Shown here piece after piece: positions 13,974 through 25,600 of a stretch of DNA of 64,000 bases. Positions within the stretch are counted from its first letter, which is position 1; each line of letters begins with the position of its first letter. A program made the position numbers and the translations under genes. The notes beneath the pieces are model-generated. The model was given only the letters and a program-made list of their open reading frames with translations. It made no database searches and was not told where the DNA came from. Location of the stretch: IMG/VR virus record IMGVR_UViG_3300043466_002666. One strand, given 5' to 3'. This DNA comes from a virus.

Positions 13974-16900
13974 TTATCTGACTAACCATATATCAATATA
14001 TTCATTTAAAGATTTAATTTTTATCCAATTTGGAGCAGTTGGTTGATCTTTAAAAATTAATAACTGTCCTAATATTCCTATAGCAGCCCATTCTTTACGT
14101 TTTGATCTTGGAATATATTCTAAAGTTGGATCATAATTTGGATTAATAACCCAAGCTTCGTGTAATATTCCATTCTCATCAGCAGTGCTAATTTCAGTAT
14201 TAATAGCATCTTCAGGAAACTCAAATGAATCTGAGTTATCAATTAAATGACTATATACTTCTTGTTTAATGTAAACAATATTATTATCATCATCAAGAAT
14301 TGGTTCTCCTTGTTGGTTTAATTCTGGAATTTCATATTTGTAAATTGTAAAATTCTGTGTTTCATAATCTCCCCAAATATTTCTGAGATATTTTCCAGAC
14401 CATTCTTCTTCAAATCCGTTTCCTACAATTGAAGGATGTGGAGACACAGCCCCAAATGGAATATCCCCATCAGTTGCCAAACGTATTTTACCAGTAACTT
14501 CATCAAATATAACCGTTTTTCCACGTCGATCTTCATTGGTGGGGTTCCCATCTTCCCATTCAAACATTTCAGCAAAGTCAGCAACGTTCTGATTTTGAGA
14601 AATTGTGGATCTGATAAATAACGCTCCAGAAGCATAAATCCTAGCTAATCCGACGTTGGATCCTGATTGACTTTCCCAGAACGTAAATGAACCAGCAGGT
14701 CCAGTACTTGATCTATGATTGTAAAAATCTGTAGAACCACTACCAGAATTGCCATTCCATGCAACTGCTCCTCCACTAGATGGGGGAGTGATGGATCCAT
14801 TATGATTCCATGTCAATTGTCCACTTTCAAATCTTCCAGTAGTTCTTTGAAATGTAAACCTAGTTGTAGTATTATCTCTGACAATTAAGTTGCCAACATT
14901 AAGATCCATGTAATTATGGACCCCATCGTGGAATAATTCCCAATCATCACTTGTACCAAATCGTAATATATCACTATCTTCAAGGTCAATTGCACCACGA
15001 ACATTAAGTGTGCTGTCAATAGTTAAGCTTGTAAATTGGCCGTTACTCCATGTAGATGCTGCACTACCAACAACTCCTGTATTATCAGTGGCTGGATAAA
15101 TGCCATTTGAACTAACAATACTTGTAGTTACTCTCAAAGTCCCTTGAGTTACATTTACATCACCATTACCACCTTTTAGAGTAATTCCACTGCCACTTAA
15201 TGTTCCTCCATCAATTTCAGTTCCACCGCCATTGAATAATCTTACACCACCACGTTCAATTTGGGATCCACCAGCCCTTATTGTTATATCTCCGTTGGGT
15301 CGAGCTATAGTTCCACCAGAATTTGTAAATTCTAATGTTCCAATAGTAGCATTATTCATGGTAATTGCATTGGCGCTAAAGTTGCCAGAAGCATCTCTAG
15401 CAACTATAGTAGAACCAGTGTTTGCTGTTGTTGCATTAAGCCCATCAAGTAAATCAGCATCTAAACCACTTCCTGCACCATGATTTCCAGCGTGCCAAAC
15501 CCTTCTCCATGCTTGCCAACCTACATCGACTTTTGTTCTGAAGTAAAATTCTTGATTGCCCCCACTTGAAGTAAGGAGTTGAGATCCACGACCAGCATTA
15601 TCTCCCAATCCAATCGTGAATAAATAACCATTTCCAGTATGATTATCTGTAGGATCTCCAACTACACTAGCACCTCCAGCAGGATAAAATACACTAGCAC
15701 CAACAACATCATAGTTAGTATCTAAATTTGCATCTGTTATGTATGCAGATTGCCCAAGAGTATTACCAAAATTGTTTGGCCTATGTTGTCCGTCCCACAA
15801 ATCAGAATCAAGATTACTTCCAGCACCATCATTAAATGTGGAGAAGATCGGGCCATCATTGCCATCAGCATTTCTCATTCTCAATGAGTTAATGCCATAT
15901 CCAGCGTGATAAAGTGCTGTTGCAGTATGTCCTGATCTATGGAATCCTAAAATAGGGTTAGAAGCATTTGAAGTTCTAAGTTCGATATGGTTCTGTCCTG
16001 TGCTATATGAACTATTGTTAATTGCTGGAGTGTCACCTGATATTAAATTACTAATTGAATTAATTGTAGTACCACCAGCAAATGTCTGTCCATTACTTGA
16101 TAATAATCTACCACTAGTTAGATTAATTTGTAATGGTCTTAGTGTGTTCCAGGTTCCTGATGCAGTTGTCCCAGCATCTGATAATAAGAAATAGTAATCT
16201 GATCCATCATTACGATGAATAACAGTTGGAACACTTGTTCCAGTGTGAAGTAAAAGTTGATTTCCAGCAATTGTTATTACAGTAGGTTCGTAAATATCAA
16301 CCTGAGTATTTGTAATATTAACAACCTCTTGATTATTTGCCCAAAGTTCTAGTTGACCATCACCATTTTGAGCAATACCAGTATCATTATCACCCAACGC
16401 AAGAGCAGCTGCTCTAGCTGAAAATGCCCCACCTGGAGCAACACCAAGACCAACTTTATTCTGGTTAAATATTGCAACACCTCCAGAATTTAAAGTTAGC
16501 ATTGAGGTTCTAGTATCAGTTCCTCTTGCAACACTATTTGCGGTTACTGCGAATCTTAATTCCGAACCACCATTGGTTTGATAAATGGCATGTATATGTG
16601 CTTTGGTAATTCCCAGTTCATTTCTGAAGTCAACAAAAGAACCACCTTCTAAAGTCGCAGATGTATAAGTATTCTGATGTATAAATCCAGTCCAATAACC
16701 AGAATTTTGGAAAACTCTAATCCCCTCAGAAACAGTCTCAAATCTAGGTAGATTGTTAAAAAGCAACTGAACAACACTGTCACGATACATTATGATTGCA
16801 TTGTGAAATGAAGTTGAGTCATGATTGACCAACCTCATATGAGCGGCAAAATTTGATCCTCCAGAGTTTTTAGTATAGAAATCAATATACTTATTACCTG

Positions 16901-19900
16901 GAGTTCCAATAAAATTAAGTTCTGTGCCAAGAGTTATTTCACCAGAAACAGTTAAAGAGCCCCCAACGTTACCAGTACCTCTAGATCCCCAACCACCATC
17001 TCGTGTATTGATCCAGAAAGCATTTTCACCCTGAGGAACTGTTTGACCAGTAATAGATGGACCAAAACCAATACCAAACCAAGATTGAAGTTGTAAATTA
17101 GATAATGTGCTACTTGCACCGTCTTGGTTTCTTCCACGAATAAATGTACTTCCTGCACCATTAAAGTCTATACCGCCACCAGTGGCATTGTTATTTTGTG
17201 GAGCACTAAAAGCAGCACTAAATGTATTATTGCCACTCCAAACATTGTTTGCACTTAAAATTGGAATTGTGTTACCTGAAGTTCCTACATGGTATCCATC
17301 AAGTAAATCAGCATCTAAACTACTACCAGCACCATCATTACTTCCATTCCAAATAATACCACCAGTGCCAGTTAAATTAAATGCCTGACTATTAGTTCCA
17401 TCACTTCTTATCTTATGGAAAGTTATTTGTTGTGACCCGTCACTATAATGAAGATTTCCAAAACTTATAATTTCTGTAGTTGTAGAGCCAGTGCAGCGTC
17501 CTTTGACGATTGCCTGGTACTGAGAGCCAGTCTGGGAGAACGTATTGTAGAAAGGAGCATTTACATTATGTTGTCCAGCGTATGATTGACTTGAATTAGT
17601 TAAATTGGAAATATATTCAGTTGCATGAATTGGTCTATATGAACTTCCAGCACTATTTTGAGAAATAAATCTAATAGATCCATCATTATACATCTTAATA
17701 GCAGATGCTGCTACATTTCCCCAATGGAATGTAATTCCTGGAGCATATGAACTTGGATTGTTAGCTATGCTGTTTCCTACTTGATTAATTTCACGAATTT
17801 CAATACATCCTCCCCAAACATCATCACTGGCAGCAGTTCCTGTTGCAACAATAGCATTATCTGCAATAAATCTTGCCTCGCCAGCAACATCTAATGTGGA
17901 TCCTGGGGATCTTCTTGATGGTCCAATTCCAACTCTTTTGTTATAACCATCGAGAGTCATTACGCAATCAGTGGCATTAATATTTGAATGTGGGTTGGTT
18001 CTGCCAAGAGTGTCAGAATATCCAAAATCTAAGTATCCTGATCTGGTTCCCCAGTTTCCTTGGTTGATTACAAATTTCTTGTACTCAGTAGAGACTGTTG
18101 GATTATAAGTTGCAAATGTTAATGTACTTCCGTGGTCATTATTTCCTTGACTAGAAGCAATAACTAAGTCACTATATGAAGAAGATAATACAAATTGACC
18201 TCTTCCATTGCCACCAGAAGGAGCATCTAATCCAGTGAAAGTATTTTGTCCGCCACCGGTAGAATTTTTCTTATGGAAATGAACTCTTCCTCCTCGTGGA
18301 TATAACCACAAATCATTCGTTGGTTCTAGTGCAAGATTATCATTTGCAACGGTAAATCCATCGTTTTCAGTTCCGATTCTTAGGCAACCATTTTCTGCAC
18401 TATCTCCTGATCCACCAGTATTATAAGTATTGTTATCATTATCCCAAGTGATATAACCATAATCATTGCCACCAGTATCGGATCCACCAAAAGACTCTTC
18501 CCTACCGAAGAATAATGATTGACCAGCATCAAGACCAACTAAACCAGTAAATCTAGTGTTTCTTTCAATTTGGAACCTATTACCTGATGGCGAATAATTC
18601 CATATGTGCCTAGTGTTGGTGCCATCAAACATTCCAATATTTCCACCACTTGCAGAAGTTTGTCCATAGATATAAACATCAGTAGTTCCATTATTAAAGG
18701 CAATTTGTCTTTCTGCTGCAGATGTATTAAAGACAAGCCTTGTGGATAAAGAAACAGTAGAACCTTCAAGAGTTGTAGTAAAACTTCCACTACCAAGTCT
18801 TAATGGACCTATATCATTTCTTATTGTGTAAGTATTAGCACCACCATCAACAGTTCTTGTTGAAGAGTTGATAAAATGAACTGCACCATTGCCTGCATCA
18901 TTTTGACCAACCAAAAAGTAATTAAATGAGTTTGCTAATGCAGTAACTCCATCATTTCTCCAAACTCCTTGGAAATGAACTACATTTTGATACGAATTAG
19001 AATAAACAGTTCTTCCAAAAAAAGCATCATTATTAGTCAGACTAATTTCAAATGGCCATGTGCCGTCTACTTGTGCCCAACTAGCAGTATTTGCAGCATT
19101 TCGTAAAATATAAAATGTATTTGAATTTACATGAAGGCTAGCAGTCGCATGATCTGTGTCTATTAGAGCAATTGTTGGACTAGATCCAGTTAAACGTAAA
19201 TCATTTTCTAGATAAAGTGCTCCCCCCTGAACTTGCAAGACATCATCACCAGATCTGATAATTCGCATATCAAAATCTTCTGTTGCATTTGCAAAGTCAA
19301 TATGTGGGGTACTTCCGACTAATTGAATTTGACCATCTCCACTACCACTTTGTCCAACCCAAACTCCATTAGTAGCACCACTTGGAGAGTTTCCAATATT
19401 TCCAGTGAATAACTGTGATCCACTCCAAGTATTAGCACCGTCAAGTAAGGGAATAGTATTACCTGATGTTCCTGTATTTTTTCCATCAAGCAAGTCAGCA
19501 TCTAGACCACTTCCAGCACCATCATTTAAATTAGTCCAATATTCTTGCCATGTCCGCCAATCAGAAGCATTAAATTTTGATCTTACCCAATGTCCAGTTG
19601 TATCGTGTGTGTAATAATTTTGAGTAACTATAGTTCCATTTGTTGTTACTACTAATTGTCCATAAGGATATGCCGAAGTTGGACCATTTGTAGAACCAGT
19701 CCAAGTATTATTTCCAGAAACGGTATAAGTTCCTGGTGTAGTAATTGTATTAAAATCTGTAGCATTCGTACTTACTGTAGTAGATCTTGTTAGAACAATA
19801 GCACTGGAATCAAATCCATCCAATAAATCAGCATCAAGAGTACTTCCTGCGCCATCATTGTTTGCGTGCCATAACGTTGATTGAGATCCACAACCAGTAA

Positions 19901-22571
19901 TATTTAAAAGTACCCCTCTAAAAGCGCCACCATTTTCAAATATTCTTAAATTATTTCCGTTAATATCGAATATAATATTGCCAGAAAGACTTCCAATATC
20001 CGATTTTGCAAGAACAATTTCTCCTCCTTCACCACCAGCAGCATTTTGTGCAGTAACAGACAAATAATTTGCAGTAATTATACCAGCATTAAAGTTTCCA
20101 GAAGCATCTCTTGCTACGATTGTAGAACCAGTATTTGCTGATGTCGCATTAAGACCATCAAGCAAGTCAGCATCTAGACCACTTCCAGCACCGTCATTAC
20201 CAGTATGCCAAACATCAACAAAAGAAGTATATGCAGAAGCAGAGTTCCAACTTTGTTGCCATATTCTCATTCCTATGGCATCTTTACGGAACATTACAAG
20301 ATTATCATTTCCACCTGTTGCATCTGTGTAAGATCTTAAATGTAGATAATCTGCATATGGTGTAGTATTATTATTTGCCCAAGAAGTAAATCCAAATTGC
20401 AATCTGTTAGTTGTTATTGAATTTGGTTCTATTATTCTATCGTCTTTGCCTGTATTTTGACCACTAGTTCCATTTACAATAGTTGCGGAATTTGCAGATG
20501 AGGCATTGCCACTCAAAGTAGCAGTAATCGTACCAGCACTGAAGTTTCCTGAGGCATCCCTTGCTACTATTGTTGATACGGTGTTTGCTGTTGCGCTATT
20601 AAGACCATCAAGTAAGTCAGCATCTAGACCACTTCCCGCTCCATCATTACCAGAAGTCCACATAGTACTTCCATTCATCCTAAGGTCGCCAATTCCTTCT
20701 GCACTGAGTCTGACATCGTAATCACTTGTTCCAACATTTGACGTATGGAAATCAATGTATCTACCGATCTCCATCACTCCATCGCCGCCAATTAATCCTA
20801 CACCTCGGTGCCAATTGCCACTCACTGGGGATAATAGTTGAGCTACAGGAAGAGTGCCCGTAGTTATATTGCTTGCATTAGTGTAAAAAGATCCTTGTTG
20901 CCCATCAAGCAAGTCAGCATCTAGACCACTTCCAGCACCATCATTTCCAGCGTGCCATGCAGTGTTACTATTAATAGATACCGATCCAGTTCCGCTATTT
21001 AAATTTAATGTATATCCAGTTGCCGTTTCAATAGTTCCATCAGTATGAAGTTTCAAACAGTCGGGATCATTAATTCCATGAATTGAAATGTAGTCTCCAT
21101 ACCCATTGTCATCAGATGGAGCTAAATGCAATACACCTTCATTTCTTTCGTCTGGTGATGTTGCATTACTGGTTTCGTGCATGATGAAACCAGGATCATT
21201 AGAATCATTTGGATTACTAAAGTAAATATACTTCTTGTCAGTTGTTGTATCTGTGAAAGTATCTGCGATCTGTGCAGTTCCACTTTCACAATAGAAGTTC
21301 ATGTAAATATCTGTATCAGTTCTATGTCTGATTTGGAATGTATCAGTGGAATTTGTATTTGAACTTATAACTACACCACGAGCATTATTGTTTAAGAATA
21401 AATTTCCCCCCGCAGTAGCAGTTATCCAAGGTCCAGGACTTCCAGTAGTATCCCATAATTGCCATTGCCCACTACCCTGAACATCAAAGGAACTTTCCCC
21501 TGAAATGTAAATATTTTGAGTATTATTCCAAGTGATATGACCAGCCCAGGTTTGTGCTCCTAAAGTAGTTGTTCCTAAAGTAGTTGTCCCTGTGACATTT
21601 AAAGTACCTGGAATACTTACTCCAGTCTCACTCATACTCAATACTTCAGTTAATCCTACAGGTGTATTGGTTACTGTACTATTTTTCAGATAAAATGCAA
21701 ATCTTGCTGTTGGTGAATCTACATCACATACGAGTCTTCCAGATGAACCTGTTGCATCTGGAGTGCCAGAAACATGATTAAAAGCAAGATTTGCATTTCC
21801 CTGACCATCATTGGTTACCAGTGCAACGCTACCCGACCCTTTACCTGCTTCGATAATCGTAGCAGAAGTTCTAATTACGCCAGTAGCAGAAGTGTTATCT
21901 GCATCAGATCTTAAAAAACTTACAGAAGAAAGACCATCAAGTAAATCTGCATCTAGACCACTACCAGCGCCATCATTACCTGCGTGCCAATAAACACTGC
22001 CGAGATTATCTCCGCTACCTTTCCATAAATCCCCATCTGGCCCCATCCATGCAACGTTAGTATTTAAACCGTTACCAAATGCAACACCAGCAGTTCCAGC
22101 GTAAAAATTTAAATAAGTTGCATTTCCAGTTGCAGCATCTATATGAAGATTGCCATTTGTTGTTGCTATATTTGCAGTGGTGGCATTTCCAACATATCCA
22201 TTTCCGCCTATTCTTAAATATCTAGACCAAGTAGTATTTGGTCCAAATGTAATATGGTTATCACCAGAATTACTTAAATTTCCACTGAAAGTATCATTAG
22301 CATCAGAACGCAAGAAACTGTCACTGTCTAAACCATCAAGTTGATCTACATTTAAATTTGCAACTTTAGTTGTTGATGTTACTGTAAGTGGTGAAGTTCC
22401 AGTCGAAACAGATAATCTTAGTGTACTTGATTGAATAACTCCATTAACATCTAACTCATATCCTGGAGTGGAAGTTTTAACTCCCACTCGATTATTAACT
22501 GCATCTACATGTAAAGTATTTCCGTCAACTTCTAATCCGTTTTTAACTACAAAATTTTTGTTAGTAGCCAT
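13974..22571 (-). CDS. long modular tail fibre protein with C-terminal peptidase-G2-type autoproteolytic chaperone domain
   Basis: 2865 aa, G/S/T/N-rich; 9 NDGAGSxLDADLLDG repeats; gp37-like motifs (LGDNDTG...GQLELWAN; RNDG..YYFLL...WNTLRPL; YIDFH...DYDVRL); knob-like segments; C-terminal ADFAEMFEWEDGNP..EDRRG...YIPRSKRKEWAAIGILGQ. Confidence 0.85.
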   Translation of the reverse strand: MATNKNFVVKNGLEVDGNTLHVDAVNNRVGVKTSTPGYELDVNGVIQSSTLRLSVSTGTSPLTVTSTTKVANLNVDQLDGLDSDSFLRSDANDTFSGNLSNSGDNHITFGPNTTWSRYLRIGGNGYVGNATTANIATTNGNLHIDAATGNATYLNFYAGTAGVAFGNGLNTNVAWMGPDGDLWKGSGDNLGSVYWHAGNDGAGSGLDADLLDGLSSVSFLRSDADNTSATGVIRTSATIIEAGKGSGSVALVTNDGQGNANLAFNHVSGTPDATGSSGRLVCDVDSPTARFAFYLKNSTVTNTPVGLTEVLSMSETGVSIPGTLNVTGTTTLGTTTLGAQTWAGHITWNNTQNIYISGESSFDVQGSGQWQLWDTTGSPGPWITATAGGNLFLNNNARGVVISSNTNSTDTFQIRHRTDTDIYMNFYCESGTAQIADTFTDTTTDKKYIYFSNPNDSNDPGFIMHETSNATSPDERNEGVLHLAPSDDNGYGDYISIHGINDPDCLKLHTDGTIETATGYTLNLNSGTGSVSINSNTAWHAGNDGAGSGLDADLLDGQQGSFYTNASNITTGTLPVAQLLSPVSGNWHRGVGLIGGDGVMEIGRYIDFHTSNVGTSDYDVRLSAEGIGDLRMNGSTMWTSGNDGAGSGLDADLLDGLNSATANTVSTIVARDASGNFSAGTITATLSGNASSANSATIVNGTSGQNTGKDDRIIEPNSITTNRLQFGFTSWANNNTTPYADYLHLRSYTDATGGNDNLVMFRKDAIGMRIWQQSWNSASAYTSFVDVWHTGNDGAGSGLDADLLDGLNATSANTGSTIVARDASGNFNAGIITANYLSVTAQNAAGGEGGEIVLAKSDIGSLSGNIIFDINGNNLRIFENGGAFRGVLLNITGCGSQSTLWHANNDGAGSTLDADLLDGFDSSAIVLTRSTTVSTNATDFNTITTPGTYTVSGNNTWTGSTNGPTSAYPYGQLVVTTNGTIVTQNYYTHDTTGHWVRSKFNASDWRTWQEYWTNLNDGAGSGLDADLLDGKNTGTSGNTIPLLDGANTWSGSQLFTGNIGNSPSGATNGVWVGQSGSGDGQIQLVGSTPHIDFANATEDFDMRIIRSGDDVLQVQGGALYLENDLRLTGSSPTIALIDTDHATASLHVNSNTFYILRNAANTASWAQVDGTWPFEISLTNNDAFFGRTVYSNSYQNVVHFQGVWRNDGVTALANSFNYFLVGQNDAGNGAVHFINSSTRTVDGGANTYTIRNDIGPLRLGSGSFTTTLEGSTVSLSTRLVFNTSAAERQIAFNNGTTDVYIYGQTSASGGNIGMFDGTNTRHIWNYSPSGNRFQIERNTRFTGLVGLDAGQSLFFGREESFGGSDTGGNDYGYITWDNDNNTYNTGGSGDSAENGCLRIGTENDGFTVANDNLALEPTNDLWLYPRGGRVHFHKKNSTGGGQNTFTGLDAPSGGNGRGQFVLSSSYSDLVIASSQGNNDHGSTLTFATYNPTVSTEYKKFVINQGNWGTRSGYLDFGYSDTLGRTNPHSNINATDCVMTLDGYNKRVGIGPSRRSPGSTLDVAGEARFIADNAIVATGTAASDDVWGGCIEIREINQVGNSIANNPSSYAPGITFHWGNVAASAIKMYNDGSIRFISQNSAGSSYRPIHATEYISNLTNSSQSYAGQHNVNAPFYNTFSQTGSQYQAIVKGRCTGSTTTEIISFGNLHYSDGSQQITFHKIRSDGTNSQAFNLTGTGGIIWNGSNDGAGSSLDADLLDGYHVGTSGNTIPILSANNVWSGNNTFSAAFSAPQNNNATGGGIDFNGAGSTFIRGRNQDGASSTLSNLQLQSWFGIGFGPSITGQTVPQGENAFWINTRDGGWGSRGTGNVGGSLTVSGEITLGTELNFIGTPGNKYIDFYTKNSGGSNFAAHMRLVNHDSTSFHNAIIMYRDSVVQLLFNNLPRFETVSEGIRVFQNSGYWTGFIHQNTYTSATLEGGSFVDFRNELGITKAHIHAIYQTNGGSELRFAVTANSVARGTDTRTSMLTLNSGGVAIFNQNKVGLGVAPGGAFSARAAALALGDNDTGIAQNGDGQLELWANNQEVVNITNTQVDIYEPTVITIAGNQLLLHTGTSVPTVIHRNDGSDYYFLLSDAGTTASGTWNTLRPLQINLTSGRLLSSNGQTFAGGTTINSISNLISGDTPAINNSSYSTGQNHIELRTSNASNPILGFHRSGHTATALYHAGYGINSLRMRNADGNDGPIFSTFNDGAGSNLDSDLWDGQHRPNNFGNTLGQSAYITDANLDTNYDVVGASVFYPAGGASVVGDPTDNHTGNGYLFTIGLGDNAGRGSQLLTSSGGNQEFYFRTKVDVGWQAWRRVWHAGNHGAGSGLDADLLDGLNATTANTGSTIVARDASGNFSANAITMNNATIGTLEFTNSGGTIARPNGDITIRAGGSQIERGGVRLFNGGGTEIDGGTLSGSGITLKGGNGDVNVTQGTLRVTTSIVSSNGIYPATDNTGVVGSAASTWSNGQFTSLTIDSTLNVRGAIDLEDSDILRFGTSDDWELFHDGVHNYMDLNVGNLIVRDNTTTRFTFQRTTGRFESGQLTWNHNGSITPPSSGGAVAWNGNSGSGSTDFYNHRSSTGPAGSFTFWESQSGSNVGLARIYASGALFIRSTISQNQNVADFAEMFEWEDGNPTNEDRRGKTVIFDEVTGKIRLATDGDIPFGAVSPHPSIVGNGFEEEWSGKYLRNIWGDYETQNFTIYKYEIPELNQQGEPILDDDNNIVYIKQEVYSHLIDNSDSFEFPEDAINTEISTADENGILHEAWVINPNYDPTLEYIPRSKRKEWAAIGILGQLLIFKDQPTAPNWIKIKSLNEYIDIWLVR
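15442..21990 (-). repeat. nine dispersed ~45-60-bp coding repeats (W..xNDGAGSxLDADLLDG) in the tail fibre gene
   Basis: copies near 15.46, 15.81, 17.32, 19.50, 19.84, 20.18, 20.63, 20.92 and 21.96 kb; 19483-19527 and 20902-20946 are identical over 45 nt. Confidence 0.9.
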
Positions 22572-22611
22572 AGATCTCCTCGGGGTTCACTTTCCCCCCT
22601 TATAGTATAAG

Positions 22612-22619
22612 TATTTATT
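22612..22619 (-). promoter_or_regulatory. T4-type late promoter AATAAATA
   Basis: 40 nt upstream of the tail fibre start. Confidence 0.65.
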
Positions 22620-22622
22620 AAA

Positions 22623-25600
22623 TTATACTTTAATTGCAGTAAGTGAAATGTTAAATGTAGTAGAACTTGCAGTTGATGGAGTTGCAAGTAGTCTTAAATT
22701 ATTTGTTGAAATATCTAAATCAAATGTAGCCAATACCCCATTTGTAAGTATAATACCATATGTAGTGGTATATACTGTAGTTCCATCATGAATTGCAAGA
22801 ATTTTTTCCATGTGATAGTTTGATCCTTGAGATATTTGAACTAATATTTCAACAGATCTATAAGTTACTGCAGAAATTGATAGAATAGATGTTTGTGTTG
22901 TTGATGTAGTTGATGCAGTATATGAACCTTTTAGACTATTTGCATCAAATATTTCATTATCAGTTAAAGTAAGATCACCAGTAATTATTACACCAGAAGT
23001 TGTTGTTTCTAGTTTTTTACTATTATCATAATAGAGTTCAGATGCACCATCGGTAAGAAATCTTCCTAGAACTTCTCCACCCTGCTTTTGTAATATAACT
23101 CCAGTGCCATTACTTTCTAAACTTAGATATCCAGTTCCAACATCACTAATATAACTATTAGATCCATCATGGAAAATTCTTAAATCATTACTATTTCCAA
23201 AATATGCAATGCTGTTATCTTGAAAATATGCATCGTCATTAAAACTGGATCCACCAGTAACTCTAAGAGTACCAGTTATATCTAAACTATAATCTGGAGT
23301 TGAATCATTAATTCCTATTCTATGATTGATATCATCAACATATAACGTATCTCCACTATTAACATTTTTATAATATTCAATTCCACTCGTACCAATAGTA
23401 AATCCAGTTTTTACATTTGACTTCCAAAATGTAGTATTTTCGGGAGATCCTTGCTGCACTAAAATATATCCAATACCAAGTTCGGCAATGCTATCCGAAA
23501 TAGTTGGCCTTGTTAGAATATATGAAGTAGATACACTTCCTACATTAGTTACTTCATATACACCATTATGTGCTTTAGTTGTTTGGTCATTAATCAATAC
23601 TTTATCGCCAACAGATAAAGTTACTCCATCAAATGTGGGTAAAACACCAGATGAAGAACCAGTAAGAGTTGCACCAACACCAGAAGTTCCATTTGAATAA
23701 GTTGCAGCTAAATTAGTAGTTGTTTTTGCTTTAACTACTACAATACCAAGAGTTGACCAAACTGGAACTCCACTTCGTACAGTTAATACTTCAGATTCAT
23801 TTCCAATACCTAATTTAGATAAAGTATTTACTGCATTTCCATATAAAATATCACCTTTCGCATATGATGTGATATTTGTACCGCCTTTTATAACTGGAAC
23901 TGGAGAATTAAAGTTTGCTGGATTTAGATAATATTGATCGTTATTACCATTTAAAGTAATAGCATCAACTACAAGAGGTCTAATAGTTACATCGCCATCA
24001 TTTGTAACTTCAAACTGAGTTTTGTTGAACGCAGATACACCTGTCTGAGTAAATCCAGATGTTCCAGTAGTATTTCCTCCTGCTTTATTAATACCAAATC
24101 TAATTCTGTTGAAATATACAGTATCCGCACCATCAACATAATTATCCCCAGCCAGTGTTAATGGTGAACCAGTTTCTTCCGTAATTCCTTGTACAGCTCG
24201 TGCCCAAACTTGATCACCACGAAGGAATGTTTTATCAGTTGCAGATCCAGAATATGCAAGTCTTGCAGGATCCAATACACCAGAAACAATGTTCGCCGCA
24301 TCCGCACTTGCACCAGAAAGTACCGCCCAATTAGTAGAGTATTGAGTAGAAGTACTTATAGATCCAGCGATGGTGATATTTGCTTCTGTGAGAGTAGTTG
24401 TTCCAGATCCTACATCGGTAAGATCCATTGGAGATATAGTTGTGCCACCTACAGAAGAAGTTGCAGAAGCTTTTGTTGCATGAAGCGTAAATGTATTCTG
24501 AGTTACAGATCCAACAAAATAATACTCTGTGTTTACTAACCCACCTGGAACATCAGCTCCTGTTACTTTTACTGGAGCTGATGTAGTAAATCCATGAGAT
24601 GGAAGATAAAATCTATTATTTGATGTACTTAAATGGTTTAATGTAAAATTGTGAGTTCCACTAGATGATGATGTGAAATTTATTTTATTCGCAGGATCCA
24701 AACCATAATTAATGTAAAGCTCAATTGTGGAAGAATCTATTACCTTAACATAATATAGTTGATTGTTGAGTAACCCACCAATTGCAATATTTGGTGATGA
24801 ATCATAAATTAGATAATCTCCATTTGCTAGACCATGTGATGAAATTGTAATGCGAGAATTTAAATAATTTACATCTGCACTAGCATTAAATGATAGTGAA
24901 GTTGTAGATGTCGTGTTTATAGTTTTTACTGATGCATTTGCATCTGCAATATAATCTGGGTTTGTTGTAGTAGCATTGAATTTAATTCTCTCACCAGTTA
25001 AATTAATATATAATCTATTTTGAATTGCAGTTATAGTGAATTGGAATCCTGTTCCAGTTCCTCCAATAGCAGCCGCATTGGCACTCAATACATTATTAGT
25101 TGCATATCCAGATCCTCCTCGTGTTAAGTCAACATTTACTATAACTCCTCCAGTTATAGTAATGTCTGCCTTTGCCCCTGATCCAGATCCACCTGTTAAG
25201 CTGACATTAGTATATACTTGACTTCCAGACAATGGTGTGTAACCACTTCCAGCACTTGTAATTATACCTCCATAAGCTACTCCAGATTGTAATCCATTAG
25301 TTCCTTTTGTAGTATCAATTGTTCCAGTAGCTCCAGAAATGACTCCTTCAACTGAAGTCATTCCTGTTATATTAATAGTTTGAGTTGGTTCAATTACAAT
25401 AAATTGTGAAATATTATCTGCTTGTAAAATATAGCTAGTATCAACTCCAGATACAGTTTCGGTAACTAAATCTCCAGCTCCAGCATCAATTGCAGGAATA
25501 TCTAAATATAAATTATATCTGGAATCTAATCCTGAAGTTTTATATGTATTAAAATTTCTAATAGGAGGAATAATTTCAAGATTCAGTTTTCCTGCAGAGT

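Noticed and set aside
15442-21990. Tail-fibre repeats as a CRISPR array or DGR template/variable repeat pair
   Set aside because: They are in-frame coding repeats hundreds to thousands of nt apart; no adenine-specific mismatch pattern was noticed and there is no reverse transcriptase or cas gene in the window
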